Counted from the stretch's first letter, positions 23,601 through 36,443 are shown. The stretch: DNA of 64,000 bases from Catajapyx aquilonaris (GCA_000934665.2 KZ538069.1:1-64000); one strand, 5' to 3'. Notes: generated by a model not told the origin, from the letters alone. Made by a program: numbers and translations.

Positions 23601-26600
23601 GTGGGTTCAAGAACAACTAAGAGCTGAAAAAATGTGTGATAGGTTGGCTCAGCAGCCAGGCGGCAACCTTCTATGGGGCAGGCATACAAAAGATGGTGCT
23701 GCGTTATGACAAGTTATTCAATGGGGATGGTGACTACGTGGAAAAATAGCATAAGAATGTGGCTAACTTTCGTAAGTATGATTTTTTTTTTTCATCACTC
23801 TAGTTTTTCATTCACATCTCATTGAAACTTAATTTTAAAAAATAGCCCTCGTATTAAGGCATTAGGGGCATTACTGCATGACGTCATTACAATCTAAGTG
23901 TCCAGTATTTTCAGTCATCTTTTTCTAAATATCGTCTCTCAACCCTAATAAGACGGGCATATCATATGCTGATACGGTGGCATTAAAAATTTCTGCTGGC
24001 GAAACTATAGCATTTTCCCACTATGTAACATGGTTTCTGTGTGGCTTTTTAAATTGCCTCGCGCATAAAAACTCGAGAGTTTTGGACTACAAAATCATGC
24101 ATAAATAAACCGGGTTAACCAGATTAACTTGAATGAAATCATCTTCTTGCGGCCGCTGAAAAAAAAACTTCGAAAAAACCAAACATCCGACCTTGACCGG
24201 CACATTGACATACATAGTTGCCCCCAAACTTCCTCAAGAGATTCCACCCTAAAATTAGTGCAAAAGATGATTCAATAGTTTTAAAATAAATAAATAATGT
24301 TCGTAAATGCCAATTAGCGGCTGGCAGGTGTCTGCGCAACTCAACGCTGGCCTCCGTCTGGATGGAGGGGCGCACGCCCCGCGGGGGTTTTGAACAGCTG
24401 TGGCACAAGGAAAGTTTACACACGTGAGGGGTTGTGTTTATCACTATAACTTGCCTGGCAGGCCTGTGACGTAATTCATGCTATGCGCTTATGTACTGCT
24501 TTGTTCAGAGGTGCCAAGGCTACATACCGATATACTTTTTGTCAAGCAGGCACAGTGACAAAAAATTGGAGTAGGTGCGAAACATACCCCCTGCGCCATC
24601 TGGTTGTGCATTTGAGAATTTCCACTGCGTATGGTATGAGAGGAGGGTCACATATTGGCCTCAGGATGAATCCTGGACACTAGCCGATCTTATTCACTAG
24701 TGTACTCAAGTCTCATGCCTCAAGTGACAAAGGAAGCGAATTTTTTGCAGATCCTTGCAAAAACGCGAAAAACCACCCGTCTTATTAGGGTTAATTACAT
24801 CATGCAAGTTCAAGATGCAATGGAGATTTCTGGTAATTCTTCATATGTACAGCATCAGAAGATGTCTATCATTCCCATGGTAATGCATATTATCAGAAGA
24901 CTAAAGGTGCGTTTACATGTGAGCGATTTGACGAGTGAAATCTTCGCCGAGGCTGAAATTAACAATAGATTTTCGCCTTAAACAATATTGGTTACTTGAG
25001 TTACTCACCCTCAGCGAAGATTTCGCTCGTCAAATCACTCACATGTAAACGCACCTTTCTACCTCCTAATCTAAATTAAAGAATCAAGTCAGAGTGCTTC
25101 ACAACACACAGCACTCCGAGGCCAGATGGCTTCCAGTTTCTGACAAAAAGCTCTGAGGAGGATATTATTTTCAGACATTCTGTAGTATAAAACTTACGCA
25201 TATTTGTAGTACACCCTGGTGAGGTGACCAAACCTCTCGTGACCTGCTATGTCCCTTTAAAAAAAGACATGAATAAACATAACTTTACAAGTAATTCATT
25301 TCATAAGTGTGACCATTGCACTTACCAAAGTTGCAGGCTGACTTTGACCTGCGAGTTCCACTTGAGCTCTTTCACTGCAAAGTCTGCCCCAATTGTGAGC
25401 TTGTAGGTAGAGGAGAACTTGCCCGATGTGTACCTCCTAATCACTGCTGTCTTTCCTTTTGAGAGGAAAACAAAATGAAGGCATATATTGCACTTACCTG
25501 AATAATTGCTTACAAGCAGGTCAATCAATATTTTACTAATAAAAAATATTGCATCAAAACTCATTCATGATAAATAATATTTGGTCAATGTCAGCGACAC
25601 AATGTTACGAAAGGTTAATCAGAGTAATAACACAGGCGAATGAACAAAAACTAAATTATTACCATGCATATTGGGCAAAATTAAATCAAAAAAGATGGTC
25701 GGGCCTTAATCACAATACGTACATGTAATATATCCAATTAACTGCACAAATATGAGTACAGTATGTGCAATAACTTATGACTGATTTGAGCGAGGAATCC
25801 AAGTGGGCTTACCCCTAACCTACTCATCCCCATACATGTACAATACAGGGAGTTAATGAATTCAATCGACAAACTTCTAAGGGTAATAGAGGGGACCAAG
25901 ATAAACATATTTCATGTAGGAACACGTGTCTAGAAATGCCATCTAGAGGGGGTCAATAGACAAGAAACAGGTTGCTCAGACGCGTTTCTGGACACAGGTT
26001 CCTGTATGAAATATGTTTGTCTTGGTCCCCTCTATTACCCCTAGAAGTTTGTCGATTGAATTCATTAACTCCCTGTATATGCATCAAATACAGGGTGTTC
26101 CAAGTATAGTGGTATACTTTTAGGTAAAGGAAATTTTGCTCAGAGCTGTTACTTTTTTTGTAGCTTGTTGCACCCTTGTAGCTTGTTGCACCCTCAACAG
26201 GGGGCCTATTCTATAGAAACTGCTATATTCGATAGCCTGGGCATAATGGGGCACCTGGATAAGGGCACAACAAGCTACACAAAAATAACTACTTCAGGCA
26301 ATATTAGTGAACACTAAAAATGACCCACGACCTTGGAACACCCTGTATGAATGCAGCATTTCAACAAAGAAGTAAAGCCGAGTAAAACCTATGCTATTTT
26401 TTACTGAAGTACAATATCATTTTATATCAAAGTGGATATGTGCAATACAAGTCAAAAGGCGTGTATTTTTAGTTCACACAGTAAAACATTCTTTCATCTC
26501 ACCATGTATTTTGAAATGTAGATTTTATGCCAAATTAGTGGCTTTCTACTTCAAGCATGAGAATTAATTCACCTAGTTCTTCAGTTGACCATAGATAATA

Positions 26601-28378
26601 TGTCTTAAAAATAGTTTAATTTTACTTTTCACTTAATGGGGAGTTTCTTTCTCTCTGCCCTACAAAAGAACAAAAAGGATACAAAATATTCACCACATCT
26701 CCCAACCAACCATTTCTTCTCATTAGATTAATTGACTTTATCATTTGACTCCAGCCAAAACCAGTGTAAGTCAGGAAGAATACCAGCATAACATCAATAA
26801 GCCACAGTGAGTGAGTCCTACCTCGTCAGTCACAGGATACAGTGCATCGGAGCATTTCCTAGCCCTTACACAACCCGATTTTCAGAACCCAATTGGAAGA
26901 GCAGCCCTGCTTTTGGGTTCTGCAATCCTTTGGAGGACAAAATCTAGACATGGTGGAACTTGCACCTCCCAGACCTACAGAATTTTGCATCCTGCATCCC
27001 AGGCATGCAACAGGGATGTTGGGCAGGTCTCCTGACATGCAGGATGAGCCCTATCAGCAGCATTTTAAGGCATTTCCAAACTTAACAAGCTATTATTATC
27101 TATATAATGAAGCCAAAATCAACTATAGAGTAATATTTTGTCTAAGAAATTCTCAATAAACCTAAATCCAAGAGATAGTGTGTAAGTTGGATTTGTATGG
27201 AACTTGGATCCCTGATGAACAATGCATACATGGTAATAATAGCTGTTGGCGCTGCGATTCTGCGCCAACAAACCACCTAGTACATCATGGGAGTTTGCTT
27301 GCGTGTGCAGAAGAAAGTTGTTCCTGAATTAATAATTAATTATACAGCATTTTTGTCGGAATTGGTGTCAGTCAACGACCAACGTATGCAAAAGTGATTG
27401 AGAGTGGAGGGATAATTATACATTTTCCTTATGGGGAGCCTTGGGAGTACGGATCACTGTAAGTCGGATCGTTTGTAAACTGGGGACTTCCTGTAATGCT
27501 TCTTTGTTGTTTGGCAAAAACACTCAAGGAACTGGTTCTGCACAGCTCATTCTTTATTTCACAAAATGGGGGTAATTAAGCAGTGCCAGCAAGTCCTCAG
27601 TTGTCAATAGAACCTAAGTGCAGGAGTGAAGAAATTCTGCAGGGTACGCAAATGTGCACAAAATCAAAGTACAAAAGCACACTGCATCCTGGAAAAACAA
27701 GCCATGCACATTGTGGCTCAGTTCAATGACCTATGTAAAAAAAATTAAAACCTTTTTTTTGCAGCCCTGAGAGATCTGGATCAACATAAATGCATGTGTA
27801 GCAAACCAGATACATGAACACACATCGCCACTTGCACTAATGTAACGGTAACATGTCTCCCTTGCAGGGGACAGGGAATGTTATATTAATACATTTTGAG
27901 GATGGGACCAGTACAGACTAACTTTTAAAAACTTACAAAATGATACAAAATTACACCTTCTGCACCAAACGTTATCAATCCTCTACACATTACAAATCAG
28001 CTGTCAGTGACAGGCATGGAGATTAGTATTGCATAAAAATGAGCATATTAGGCTATATTTACTCCAGATCTTCAGACTTCGCACATCTTCAAAATATTTG
28101 GACTCGAATCAAAAGTAATCATGCAGGATCATATGACCCAATAATCACCATGTGTATGGGACACACGAACACTAACCCGTATCACGTGGCGCGAGAGTGC
28201 CGAGTGCAACAGCCCAAACCAGTATACAGAAAAGCACATATGTGATGGCAATATCAAGTGCATATTTACCGACTCCATAGTCTCCAACCACGATGACTTT
28301 GAGCAGCTGGTCGGCGCTGTCATTGCCCCCCGTCGACCCGTTGCACGTCTGCAGGTACCCCACCTCGGTGGCTGCCAT
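11938..28378 (-). CDS. Rab32/Rab38-family small GTPase (227 aa, 6 coding exons)
   Basis: Exons 28378-28270, 25455-25326, 25254-25198, 22124-22064, 22008-21825 and 12080-11938 splice in frame via GT-AG. Motifs: GDYGVGKT (G1), YKLTIGADFAVK, WDIAGHERFGHLTRVYYK (WDIAG is typical of Rab32/38/29), NKCD (G4), TSAK (G5), and a C-terminal CCG prenylation signal. Confidence 0.9.
12863..14157. mobile_element. hAT-type fold-back element, 1.3-kb near-perfect palindrome
   Basis: Termini CAGGGTTGTGAACCG...CGGTTCACAACCCTG and an 8-bp TSD GTTTTAAA (12855-12862, 14158-14165). Arms carry GGTTCGGA/GAACC arrays, with roughly 30-bp tandem repeats toward the centre. Confidence 0.88.
14645..15795. repeat. Three copies (two direct, one inverted) of an unclassified element-end sequence of about 150 bp
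   Basis: The GCCCAGACCATCCTGATCAATGTTGGATAGGGACATTTCG block occurs at about 14714 and 15358 and inverted at about 15685-15725. Confidence 0.6.
14845..15348. mobile_element. Tc2/pogo-like MITE
   Basis: TIR CCGTATTTACTCGCATATAAGACGCAC with TA duplication. An empty-site copy of the target (GGGATATGTTG) is visible at about 14701. Confidence 0.85.
16855..17125. mobile_element. Non-LTR retroelement fragment (RTE-like 5' hairpin region plus (GGTTTA)n end)
   Basis: GCCCTACCAGTAG...GCTACCGGCGGCATAGCTCT resembles RTE 5' regions as I recall them. The left part is shared with about 42565-42630. Confidence 0.4.
17389..18187. mobile_element. Merlin/Mutator-like non-autonomous element inserted in the right TIR of the Tc1 element
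   Basis: GG...CC termini, TIR GGAAAGTCTATCGTTTATCCGCACCT versus AGGTGCGGATAAACAATAGTCTATCC, and an 8-bp TSD CATTGCTC (17381-17388, 18188-18195). Confidence 0.8.
18325..18649. mobile_element. Tigger/pogo-like MITE whose left TIR was split by the 6-kb Tc1 insertion
   Basis: CACTGTA (12231-12237) joined to CTCCCGAGTATCCGGG (18325 onward) rebuilds the inverted copy of the right end CCCAGATAATCGGAGTACAGTG. Confidence 0.7.
18802..19190. mobile_element. Tc1/mariner-type MITE
   Basis: TA-CAGTCCCGCTCATAAAGAATGG ... CCATTCTTTATGAACGGAACTG-TA inverted termini. Confidence 0.7.
19196..19866. mobile_element. Palindromic MITE interrupted by a SINE
   Basis: Arms at about 19196-19325 and 19735-19866 are inverted copies (CTGGACATTAATGGTAGAGT / ACTCTACCATTAATGTCCAG). 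Confidence 0.7.
19358..19724 (+). mobile_element. tRNA-derived SINE (family A), full length with TSD
   Basis: A-box TGGCCGAGATGG, B-box GGTTCGATCCC, A-rich tail, and TSD TATTGTGCCCAG(C/T)CGG on both sides. Confidence 0.88.
20448..20984. mobile_element. Tc1-type MITE (CAGGGTGTTCCAAG family) containing a minus-strand SINE
   Basis: CAGGGTGTTCCAAG ... CTTGGAACACCCTG ends. Family relatives lie at about 21490-21727 and 26091-26345. Confidence 0.65.
20548..20894 (-). mobile_element. tRNA-derived SINE with V/Meta-domain-like core and (TAT)n tail
   Basis: Minus strand: B-box GAGTTCGATCCC and core GCGTGGGTTTTCTCGGGGTTCTCCCGTTTCCTCCCAC. An (ATA)n run spans about 20548-20639, and a degenerate copy lies at about 9845-10035. 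Confidence 0.75.
22345..23851 (+). mobile_element. Internally deleted mariner element with a nested Tc1-type insertion
   Basis: TA-CGAGGGCTATTTTT ... AAAAAATAGCCCTCG-TA. Relic N-terminus VHSVIRFLQAEG and C-terminus FYGAGIQKMVLRYDK...GDYVEK*. Confidence 0.8.
22460..23207 (-). mobile_element. Tc1/mariner-superfamily element with TIRs of about 95 bp and an open 161-aa deleted-transposase ORF (23050-22565)
   Basis: TA duplication and TIR CAGGGTGTTCCAGA. The ORF is an HTH region (PTRKTVARINQRFDETGSVLD...GKGRT) fused in frame to the C-terminal LWGYLKEKVY...RLQACIDVEGG segment. Confidence 0.88.
23943..24789. mobile_element. piggyBac-type MITE
   Basis: (tcaa)CCCTAATAAGACGGG ... CCCGTCTTATTAGGG(ttaa). 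Confidence 0.6.
24905..25057. mobile_element. Small hairpin MITE (Harbinger-like)
   Basis: AGGTGCGTTTACATGTGAGCGATTTGACGAG is mirrored by CTCGTCAAATCACTCACATGTAAACGCACCT. Confidence 0.6.
25846..26075. mobile_element. Palindromic Tc1-type MITE
   Basis: TA-CAGGGAGTTAATGAATTCAATCGACAAACTTCT ... AGAAGTTTGTCGATTGAATTCATTAACTCCCTG-TA. Confidence 0.8.
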
Positions 28379-30396
28379 CGGGTGATTATTGCGGGACAGT
28401 GCAATAATTTTAAAAAAATGACAACAAGCTCTACAGAAGCGCCCAAGTTACGCTATTGCTCGCGGGCATTATGGCATTATGATTCACGCGTTTTCTTTGC
28501 TTGACTTTTTTTGCCCTCCTCGTTGATTCCGATAGCAATTCCCTATCGGATCAAGCACCCGGAGCCACCTGTTGCCCTAGCACTGCATTAGATTTTCTGG
28601 CATACGCTACTGCCATCTGTTAACAAGTGGATTAAACTAGTTAATGGTTCGCTTTTGAACTGTGGTACTTACTTATTCTGTGTTCCATTGAATGTTTTTT
28701 CAAATTAGAACGTTGTGATGTACGCTCCCTTGTCATTGTAGTTAGACAGGTTCCTGGTTCCTAACCACTGGTAGCACACCACCACCATCGTGTACCGCGG
28801 TGTTTATAGGGCAAAAGCTGTCCTGCCAGAGCTAGCTAGCCTATTCCAGTACTAGCTGCCATAGCAGACCACGAAGGTGAACCGGCGGACCTCAGAATGG
28901 TGATTGTCTTTGGATTTTGATATACCGTTTAAATACTTTTTTTAAATGAAATTATGACTCTCTTAGAGATTTTCCCCGCTATTTATGATGACTGATATGG
29001 TATTGTAATGCATGTTGGCAACCACAGTGACTGGGGGGAAAGAGGACCTTCGAGCACAGCTCATATGAGCAGACTCTGGGCCTTTCAATTCATCACTCTT
29101 CAGTACAACCTCCAACTCCATGTTCATATTTTTAACAGAAGAACAGGTGAACCTCTGAGACAATATCCAGAACAAGCAGATTTAGATTTTGGTTGAAAAT
29201 GAGTTGGGCATTGCTGTATAATATGTAGCACACTGTCTAGTAGTCCACTCTGTTTCTAATAGAGTTGTTACGAGTATGACCTGCATCATTGATCTGGTGT
29301 TACAAGCACATTCGTACAATGTGACTAAAATTGTAAGCAATATATCGGTTAAAGCAGCTGAAAGTCACTCTGCTGTGATAAAATTAAGGATGAGGGTGTA
29401 TAAGTCATACCACTGTTCAGACAGTCTATTCAGGGCTCACATTGGCATAATGCAGATTAAGGTTTCTTCACAAGCATGCAAGAACCAGTGTTTCTGAGAG
29501 AATTCAAGAGCACGAGTGAGAATTTAGTGCATAAATGGGGTGCAAGAATTAGCTTCTCACTCTCGTCCACGCTACAACTGATTCTTGAAAGCTTGTGAGC
29601 GTACCTTTATCCTTGCAGATTTTTAATTGTCTCGCTTAGTGAGCCAGTCAACCTTATGCAGACATGGTTAGGAACATGCCCAGGTAAAAATATGCAAAAT
29701 GTTCTCTTTCCCCAGCCGAAGGGTTGAGAGTAGGCCACATGTACAGAAAGGCTCTTCCCTGATCGCCATCTACTGAAAGAAGTGTTTGACTCGATTGTGA
29801 CAATTGAATCCTTTATTAAGAGTGAGAGCCGATCTAAGAGTAGTTACTTAGTTTTTTACAACAAAGCAATGATTCCTCATTGCTTTGTTGTAAAAAACTA
29901 AGTATTGTAGTGTGATAGTGACAGTTATTTTTAAGTTTTTACAGAATTAACCCCATTACTTACTTCCTGCCTCCTCTTCAACGTCTAGCCCCAGATTTAT
30001 TCACGTAATTGGCACCAGCTGTCAGCTTCTATACCATACTTGCCAGTGAGCCAATGAGAGCAGTGAGGCTTGTCAGGGTGGCCACAACTTACTTCTCATT
30101 TATACTATTACACAGCAGTAAGTGCCACGTTTGTTGATGCATTAATGTTAAGGTGTGAGAGGTGAAAAATTATTACCCGTACAACTGAAGTGCTCTTGTG
30201 ATTTTCATTATTATGAATTCATACACTCTTGTTATTACACACCTCGAATTTTACATTTCTGCTGGACAATTTAATACACTTTTTCCACTGTATTCACTGT
30301 ATGCCAACATTCCTGGACTCAATCACTAACTATAATTTGTTGTTCAATAACACATCTCGTGTAGATCATTTTAAAAATATTTTTGTTGCACAAATC

Positions 30397-33300
30397 CTAT
30401 GGGTCCGTCAACCATGGCAGGCTGTGAAGGTCCACATTTCCACCGCATAGAACAACCCCTACATTCTTAACAGTGGGATCAACATATTTCCACTCAGGAG
30501 ATAAAGCAGCTGCCACTGCAGCTCCAGCAGCAGTTTCCACCACAAGCTGTAAAATTGCAGCAGTAAAAGTGTTTCAAAAATTAAGACAAATTATGATATT
30601 TACCTTCATCCGTTCCCAAACCAGTTTCTGTGCCTGGATCATATCCTGATCAGTTACACTGAACACCTTCTTTTGAGCCTTTTGGCACAATATTGGAAAT
30701 GTCAAATCTCCAACTTGCTGCAGTCTGATTGCATCAGCAACAGTATCCAAGAAGCGAGGAGGGTTGGACCATTGGCGCTCGCCACTCTCCAAACATGGCT
30801 GAAGCATCTTACCAGCAGGTTCCACAGCAAACACTGTAAGAAACAGGGCAGGACCTCACTTTGTGTTGATCACAATGTTGCTACCTGTCCTTCATCAAAT
30901 TGGTATTCCTCAGCTTGCTAAATTTCAGTCACAAGTTAACCCTTTGTCTCCCACGGCCATGTTGGTTGTATGATCATACGACCACACATAATGTTTTAAA
31001 AATTCATTGGTATCACCCTGATGGAAATTTGTTTATTTTTAATTTTTTTAAAAAGTTGTACGGTACCCCATGAGATCAGTGTCAATGTTGAGGAGTAGAA
31101 TATCACCATATTTCCATTTTCTACCGAAGCAGTAGTGGTGGAGTGGATATGGTATCCGACTGCTAATCGGGAGGTCCTGGGTTCGAGTCCCAGAGGCCGG
31201 CGCACAGTAGGACCTAATCGAAAAAAGCCGGTCAAAAGTTTAAAAAATTGCATTTTCTTGATAAAATTAATGAGTCAGGGGTTTTCATGGTCGAGGAATT
31301 CAAATCTGTCGCTAAATATTCGAAATTCAAAATGGCGGATCCAATGTGGCCGACATCCGAGAGTAAAATCGCTCCTATTTAATCTAAAATTGGGATTTGT
31401 GGTTTTTCCAGGCAGATGATTTCATTCCATGGACAAAGGTCATGTTGCATAATGTAATAATAATGTGTTGTTCTCGCAAAAATTGCGAAACTTGAAGGCT
31501 CATCTTGCGGCGAATGAAGATGAAGTACAAAAATTATTTAAAAAATCCACCAGTGTTATATTTGTCCATACACAACTTTTGACACCCAGTGCGATTTAAC
31601 TATGATTTAATCGGACAACTTATATCTTTTTCGCTCCACCCCAGTATTCATGCATAATTTTTGGACCTGTGATTTTGGTAAATATCTCGTCAACGGTGCA
31701 AGATATCGCAAAGATAACGACATTTCACCCCCAAAGGACCACAACTTTTCATTTATAGGGCGGATAAGTGTACTTGCACACCAAAAAGCGAAAACCCGAA
31801 AGTTGCATCACTTACGCCCCTGGCGGAGCCTCAGGATATTAACCCACATGATTCAGATTTTTTTCCCACTAAAAGGATCGCCCAACACCTTTTTTTCAAC
31901 AGCGAACTACAACGTTCGAAGAAAAAAAAATCGCGCTGCCCTGTTGTACAGTAAGCCTATCCTTTCGGAATGTTCAGACCTCCAGCAGGCAACATTGCCG
32001 GTGATTGCAGCAGGACTTAGGCTGATTACATCCAGACACTCCCTCCCTACGTTTCTAGCGCCAAATTAGAGTATAGGCCTACATATTTATACGATTTTTT
32101 GTATGCCTCCTTTTATTAAAGAAAACGCTCAAATTGAGCCTTTCAGAAATTGGGCCAAAAAACTGCCCAAAACCCACATGAGGTAAGGAAGGTTTGTTCC
32201 ACTATATGGCTAAGGGGTGGGCCTATGACATTTAAGAGAGAAATATATTGTTACTCTCTTTACGCAATGTCCCAGAGCGTTTATATCTGCCAATTTGTGA
32301 CAAAAAATTAAGAAATTTGCGCAATCGCAATTTTTGTCACGTTTGAGGCACTCCCCACAAGCTTGAATTAACCATTGTGCAAAACTATGTACAGCTTTAG
32401 GTGCTCACATATCATTACTATGGAATCACACGAGTTTCAAATCCTCAAAAAAACATTGGAAAGTTGACATATGACCGGCTAATTTTGATTTGATCCTACT
32501 GTACGGCGGTCAGTGGCATATCGTGGGCAGCCGGGGGCAGTCGCCCCGGGCGCCAACATTTAGGGGACGCAAAATGAGAGAGAGAAAGAAGGAACATAAT
32601 TTCATTCACCTAAGCTTGTGACTTTGAACCCCCAAAAAAATTTCGCCTGCGACGGGGTTTTCCTTCCCCCCTTCCCACCCCAAAGGAACTTTCTGGGTGC
32701 GCCACAGTTTCGTCCGCTTCGTATTGTTCCGGGGTCCGTTCATGAATGTGATACATTATTGTATACAGAAGAGGCGCAAGGAACAGTGACCATTGTTGGG
32801 TTACCCCTGCCGACGTGGTGTGCCAAGAAACGAGCTGCAGAAGAGACTTTGGTGTACGACTACTTCCCCGATGTCGAAGGGGGGGGGGGNGGGGGGGGGG
32901 GCAAATCTCCTCCCTTGCCCCCCTGCCAAAAACTCACGGTACGCCCCTGCCGGCAGTCCTGACCTTGGTTTTCTGTGGTTTTCCAAGGTCACCCCCGGAA
33001 AAATTCCGGGATCGTACCATAAAAATAGGCCACAGCCGCTTCCTTCCATTCCATTCCTTGTCCTGTCCTTGAGGAGGTGCGGTGTCGGTGGGGGATTTCT
33101 GACCTGCACCTAGGGGGGTGACTTGCAACTTGGCCCCCTGGGTGACTGCACACGACCCCCAACTTGCGACATTGCACCTGCACCAGTGTCCCCCCCTCAT
33201 TATCCCTATCCTGTCCCCATGCACCGGAGGAAAGAAAATAGGACAAGAAAATTGATGGTGGTGTACCACCCCCCAACAGGGCCTATGTAGGCCAATCACT

Positions 33301-36300
33301 GGGTAATTTGTATTTTTTTTTAAATCCATTTTCCATTTTCCATTTTTTCTTCGAACTCCGGTACAGGTTATCAAGGACATTGGGTAAGGATAGGGATTTT
33401 TGGGGAGGGAACATGGGTGCAAGTGCAATGTCTGGAAAGGGGTCACGTGCTGTTCCCCAGGAGGTTAGGTTGCCAGACACCTCCAAGGCGCATGTCAGAG
33501 ACCCTCCTGAAGCAGGTGAAAGGGAGCTCCCAGGCGGGAATTGAACCTGGGACCTTTCACTCAGCAAGCCGAGATGTTACCATCTCGGCCACCGCACCTC
33601 CCCTCTTTCAGCATAGCCTTAGGAATTGTTTGTAGTTGATATGTTCATGAGTATTTACGCCGGCTTGATATTTTTCGTGGCATGACGTCATAGGCCAAAG
33701 GTCTGATTCATTGTAAACAAACACTTACTGTACGAATTTAAATAGACATAGCTCCCTGCCACATATTTCCTGGTAAGTGGACGTTCAGCTGAAAACCATT
33801 TAAAAATTCCCGAAAATATGTGACTTACTTTTCGTGCGTGAAAAAATCTGAAAGATCTCTGAAGGGTAGGCAAACTCCCCCGGCGCCATTGCAGCCGTGA
33901 AAGTGGCCTCGTTCCTAATTGGCCGGGCGGACCGCAGCACTGAGGTACTGTGGCAACGGGTTACCATAGCAACGGGGTTATCATAGCTACCATAGCTATA
34001 GCATAACAGGGTTTCTATGACATCAACAGTGATTGACTGTTGCTGATTCATTGTTTCCATAGTAGCGTCAACACAATACCATGGCAACAATGGCATTCAA
34101 CAATATCAATGGTGCCATGGTAATAGACCATTCAATTCCTGTGTGAAGAACGGGTATCCTGCGAGTTATATATAAAACATAATATTCCTGCATACGTGGG
34201 TGCTTTTAACAGCATAAGTCAGACTTATTACCCATAACCCATTTGTACTCTTCTTCTTTCCATTATTATTCTGCAACATTGTTGACAGAAGCCTCTTTAA
34301 CCCTCACCTTTACAACTTGGTTTGATCTCAGTGGCAGCCACACTAATACCGGCAGTCATTCCACCTCCACTGATAGGCACCAAGATAGCATCCAGTTGTG
34401 GCACTTGCTCTAAGAATTCGCATGCTATAGTGCCTTGTCCTGCCATGACAGCATAGTTGTCATAGGGATGAATTATTGTCCTCCCTGTCTGGTCAGAAAT
34501 CCTCTGGCAGGTCTCCTTGCGGTCAGTTGGTGTCGGTTTACAGTAAACTAGATCAGCCCCATACCCTTTGATGGCATTCACTTTTGCTCCTGGAGCACCT
34601 TCAGGGACAACCACAGAGCAAGGAAGCCCTGCAATGGCTGCTGCATAAGCCACTGCTTGGCCATGATTTCCACTGCTATGGGTCACAACTCCAGGGACAC
34701 TGGGAGCAGTCTCTTTCAGTTGCAATACCTGAAATGATGAACTTTGTAAGTTTGTGATTGACCTTCTTTAAGATAGCGAACTACAAACTCCAAAATAGGG
34801 TGCAAAAAATCGAATAGTATGGCAAAAAAATATTAGGCACTCTCTCCTAGAGGCAGGATCAGAGGATCTCCAACAGGTCAGCCAATGCAAAAAGAATTGT
34901 GGGTTACAGGCATGCTGATCCCTGCTGGTGGTAAGGAGACACTGGATGAGGTATTCTTTGTTTTCCCAGTAGGGTTCAGAATGACCACTCTTTTCTCTTT
35001 GGGTGTGTATCTGTCTCTTTCTGCCCTCATAGCTATGCAGCCCCTCTTTAACCCTTTAAGGCCTACGGACATCATATGATGTCCTGCTGGTTTTTGAACT
35101 GGGCGCACTAGAGTTTAGACAGAAATGGCACAGTTTGAGGCTCAAACTGCTCCTACCACCTCATGGAAGGGGGCTCAACTACCATGGTGTGTGCTAATCT
35201 GTTTTTCCGCCTCCCAGCGTGAGCTAAAAATCCCTCCCTCCCGCGGTGTCAGAACAGGGTGTCTGGACCAGCCCCCGGATACTCCCTATCTAGCCATATG
35301 GGGAAGGCTGTTAGCTTACTTGCACTCCCCCCCATGGTAGAATGTTCTATTTGGCGCTGGCGTCGGTACACAGAGCACTACTTTTATGGTCATGTTCAGG
35401 CGGACGCTTTCTGAACCAACCAAAACCATTCTTTCCGATGCAGCTGGGTCACTAGAGTAATTTCCAGAGCCAGCCACCCAAACAAGGTCTGAAGTAGTGC
35501 TCAGTGGAGGGACGGCAGAGCCAAGTCCGTGCGCAGCTAAATGCGCGACCTAAGTAATAGGCCGTGGTCTGGACTCTTAGGAATTTCTCATAGTACAATG
35601 TTTTAGTATTATGTAACCATGGTAACAATTTTATAGTGACTTTAAAATTTTAAATAAATTTAATTACATTTTAAGTTAATTGCACTTTAATTTTTTTTTC
35701 TGGAACACCCCGTTGAAAGGCGTAGATGAATTTTTCCAGCATTTTACATTCAAAAGGACCACCATGAGTTAAAATGATAAATATAGGAGCATATTGTTTT
35801 TTATTAATATCGCTCCTACTACAAATTTTCATCAAGAAAAAAACGGCCCAAAAAAAAACCGCCATCAAAGGGTTAATGCAGTGGTTTCCAACCGGGGGGT
35901 TGCGAGCCTTGGTTCAACTTTTTTTTTTTGCAATTTCTGTGTCAATTGACCCATTTTTGCGGCCGTACAGAGTGTATGTTTCCAGGAAAGGGGGAAGTTG
36001 TAGGGAGGCCGGGGGAGGGGAGGAGGGGTCGCACATTTATGGAAACATGTTTAGGGGGTCGCCGTTGGTAAAAGGTTGGAAACCACTGGGTTAATGTACT
36101 GTACTTAGGGAGATGAAGTGGCGCTGAGGTAACGTGCGCGCCCACGGATATTAAGGTCCCGGGTTCAATCCCCACCCGGGGTTCCCACCTTTATCCGTGC
36201 AGAGTTGGGCCATCTCTGGCTTCATTTCGGGTGGCAATCTCCGACAGACTAAGCCACCCGGGGGAGTTCACAAAATGACCAAGTTCAGACATTGCACTGC

Positions 36301-36443
36301 ACATTGCACATCCCCTCCTATTCATCCCCCCTTCGCTCGTGGTACCCGGGCGATACGGAAAAGGACCACCTGTAAAAGCTTGTACATCTTAAGCAAATAA
36401 AGGTACCGTGCCAGATGCCCAAATTAGGGCGGTGCACTAACCC

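Larger units (their letters stand above)
31126..33310 (+). mobile_element. tRNA-derived SINE (family B) split by hAT and Transib insertions
   Basis: Head 31126-31197 (CGACTGCTAATCG arm, GGTTCGAGTCCC) and body 32958-33310 rejoin to match the uninterrupted copy at 50030-50422(-). Confidence 0.8.

Noticed and set aside
28990..29200. Possible piggyBac-derived transposase relic between Rab and SRR
   Set aside because: Only vague similarity, multiple stops and no termini, so it cannot be supported.
31126..31200. tRNA-Ser(GCT)-like gene
   Set aside because: There is no pairing acceptor stem or long variable arm, and it continues (after removing insertions) into a SINE body matching 50030-50422, so it is a SINE head.
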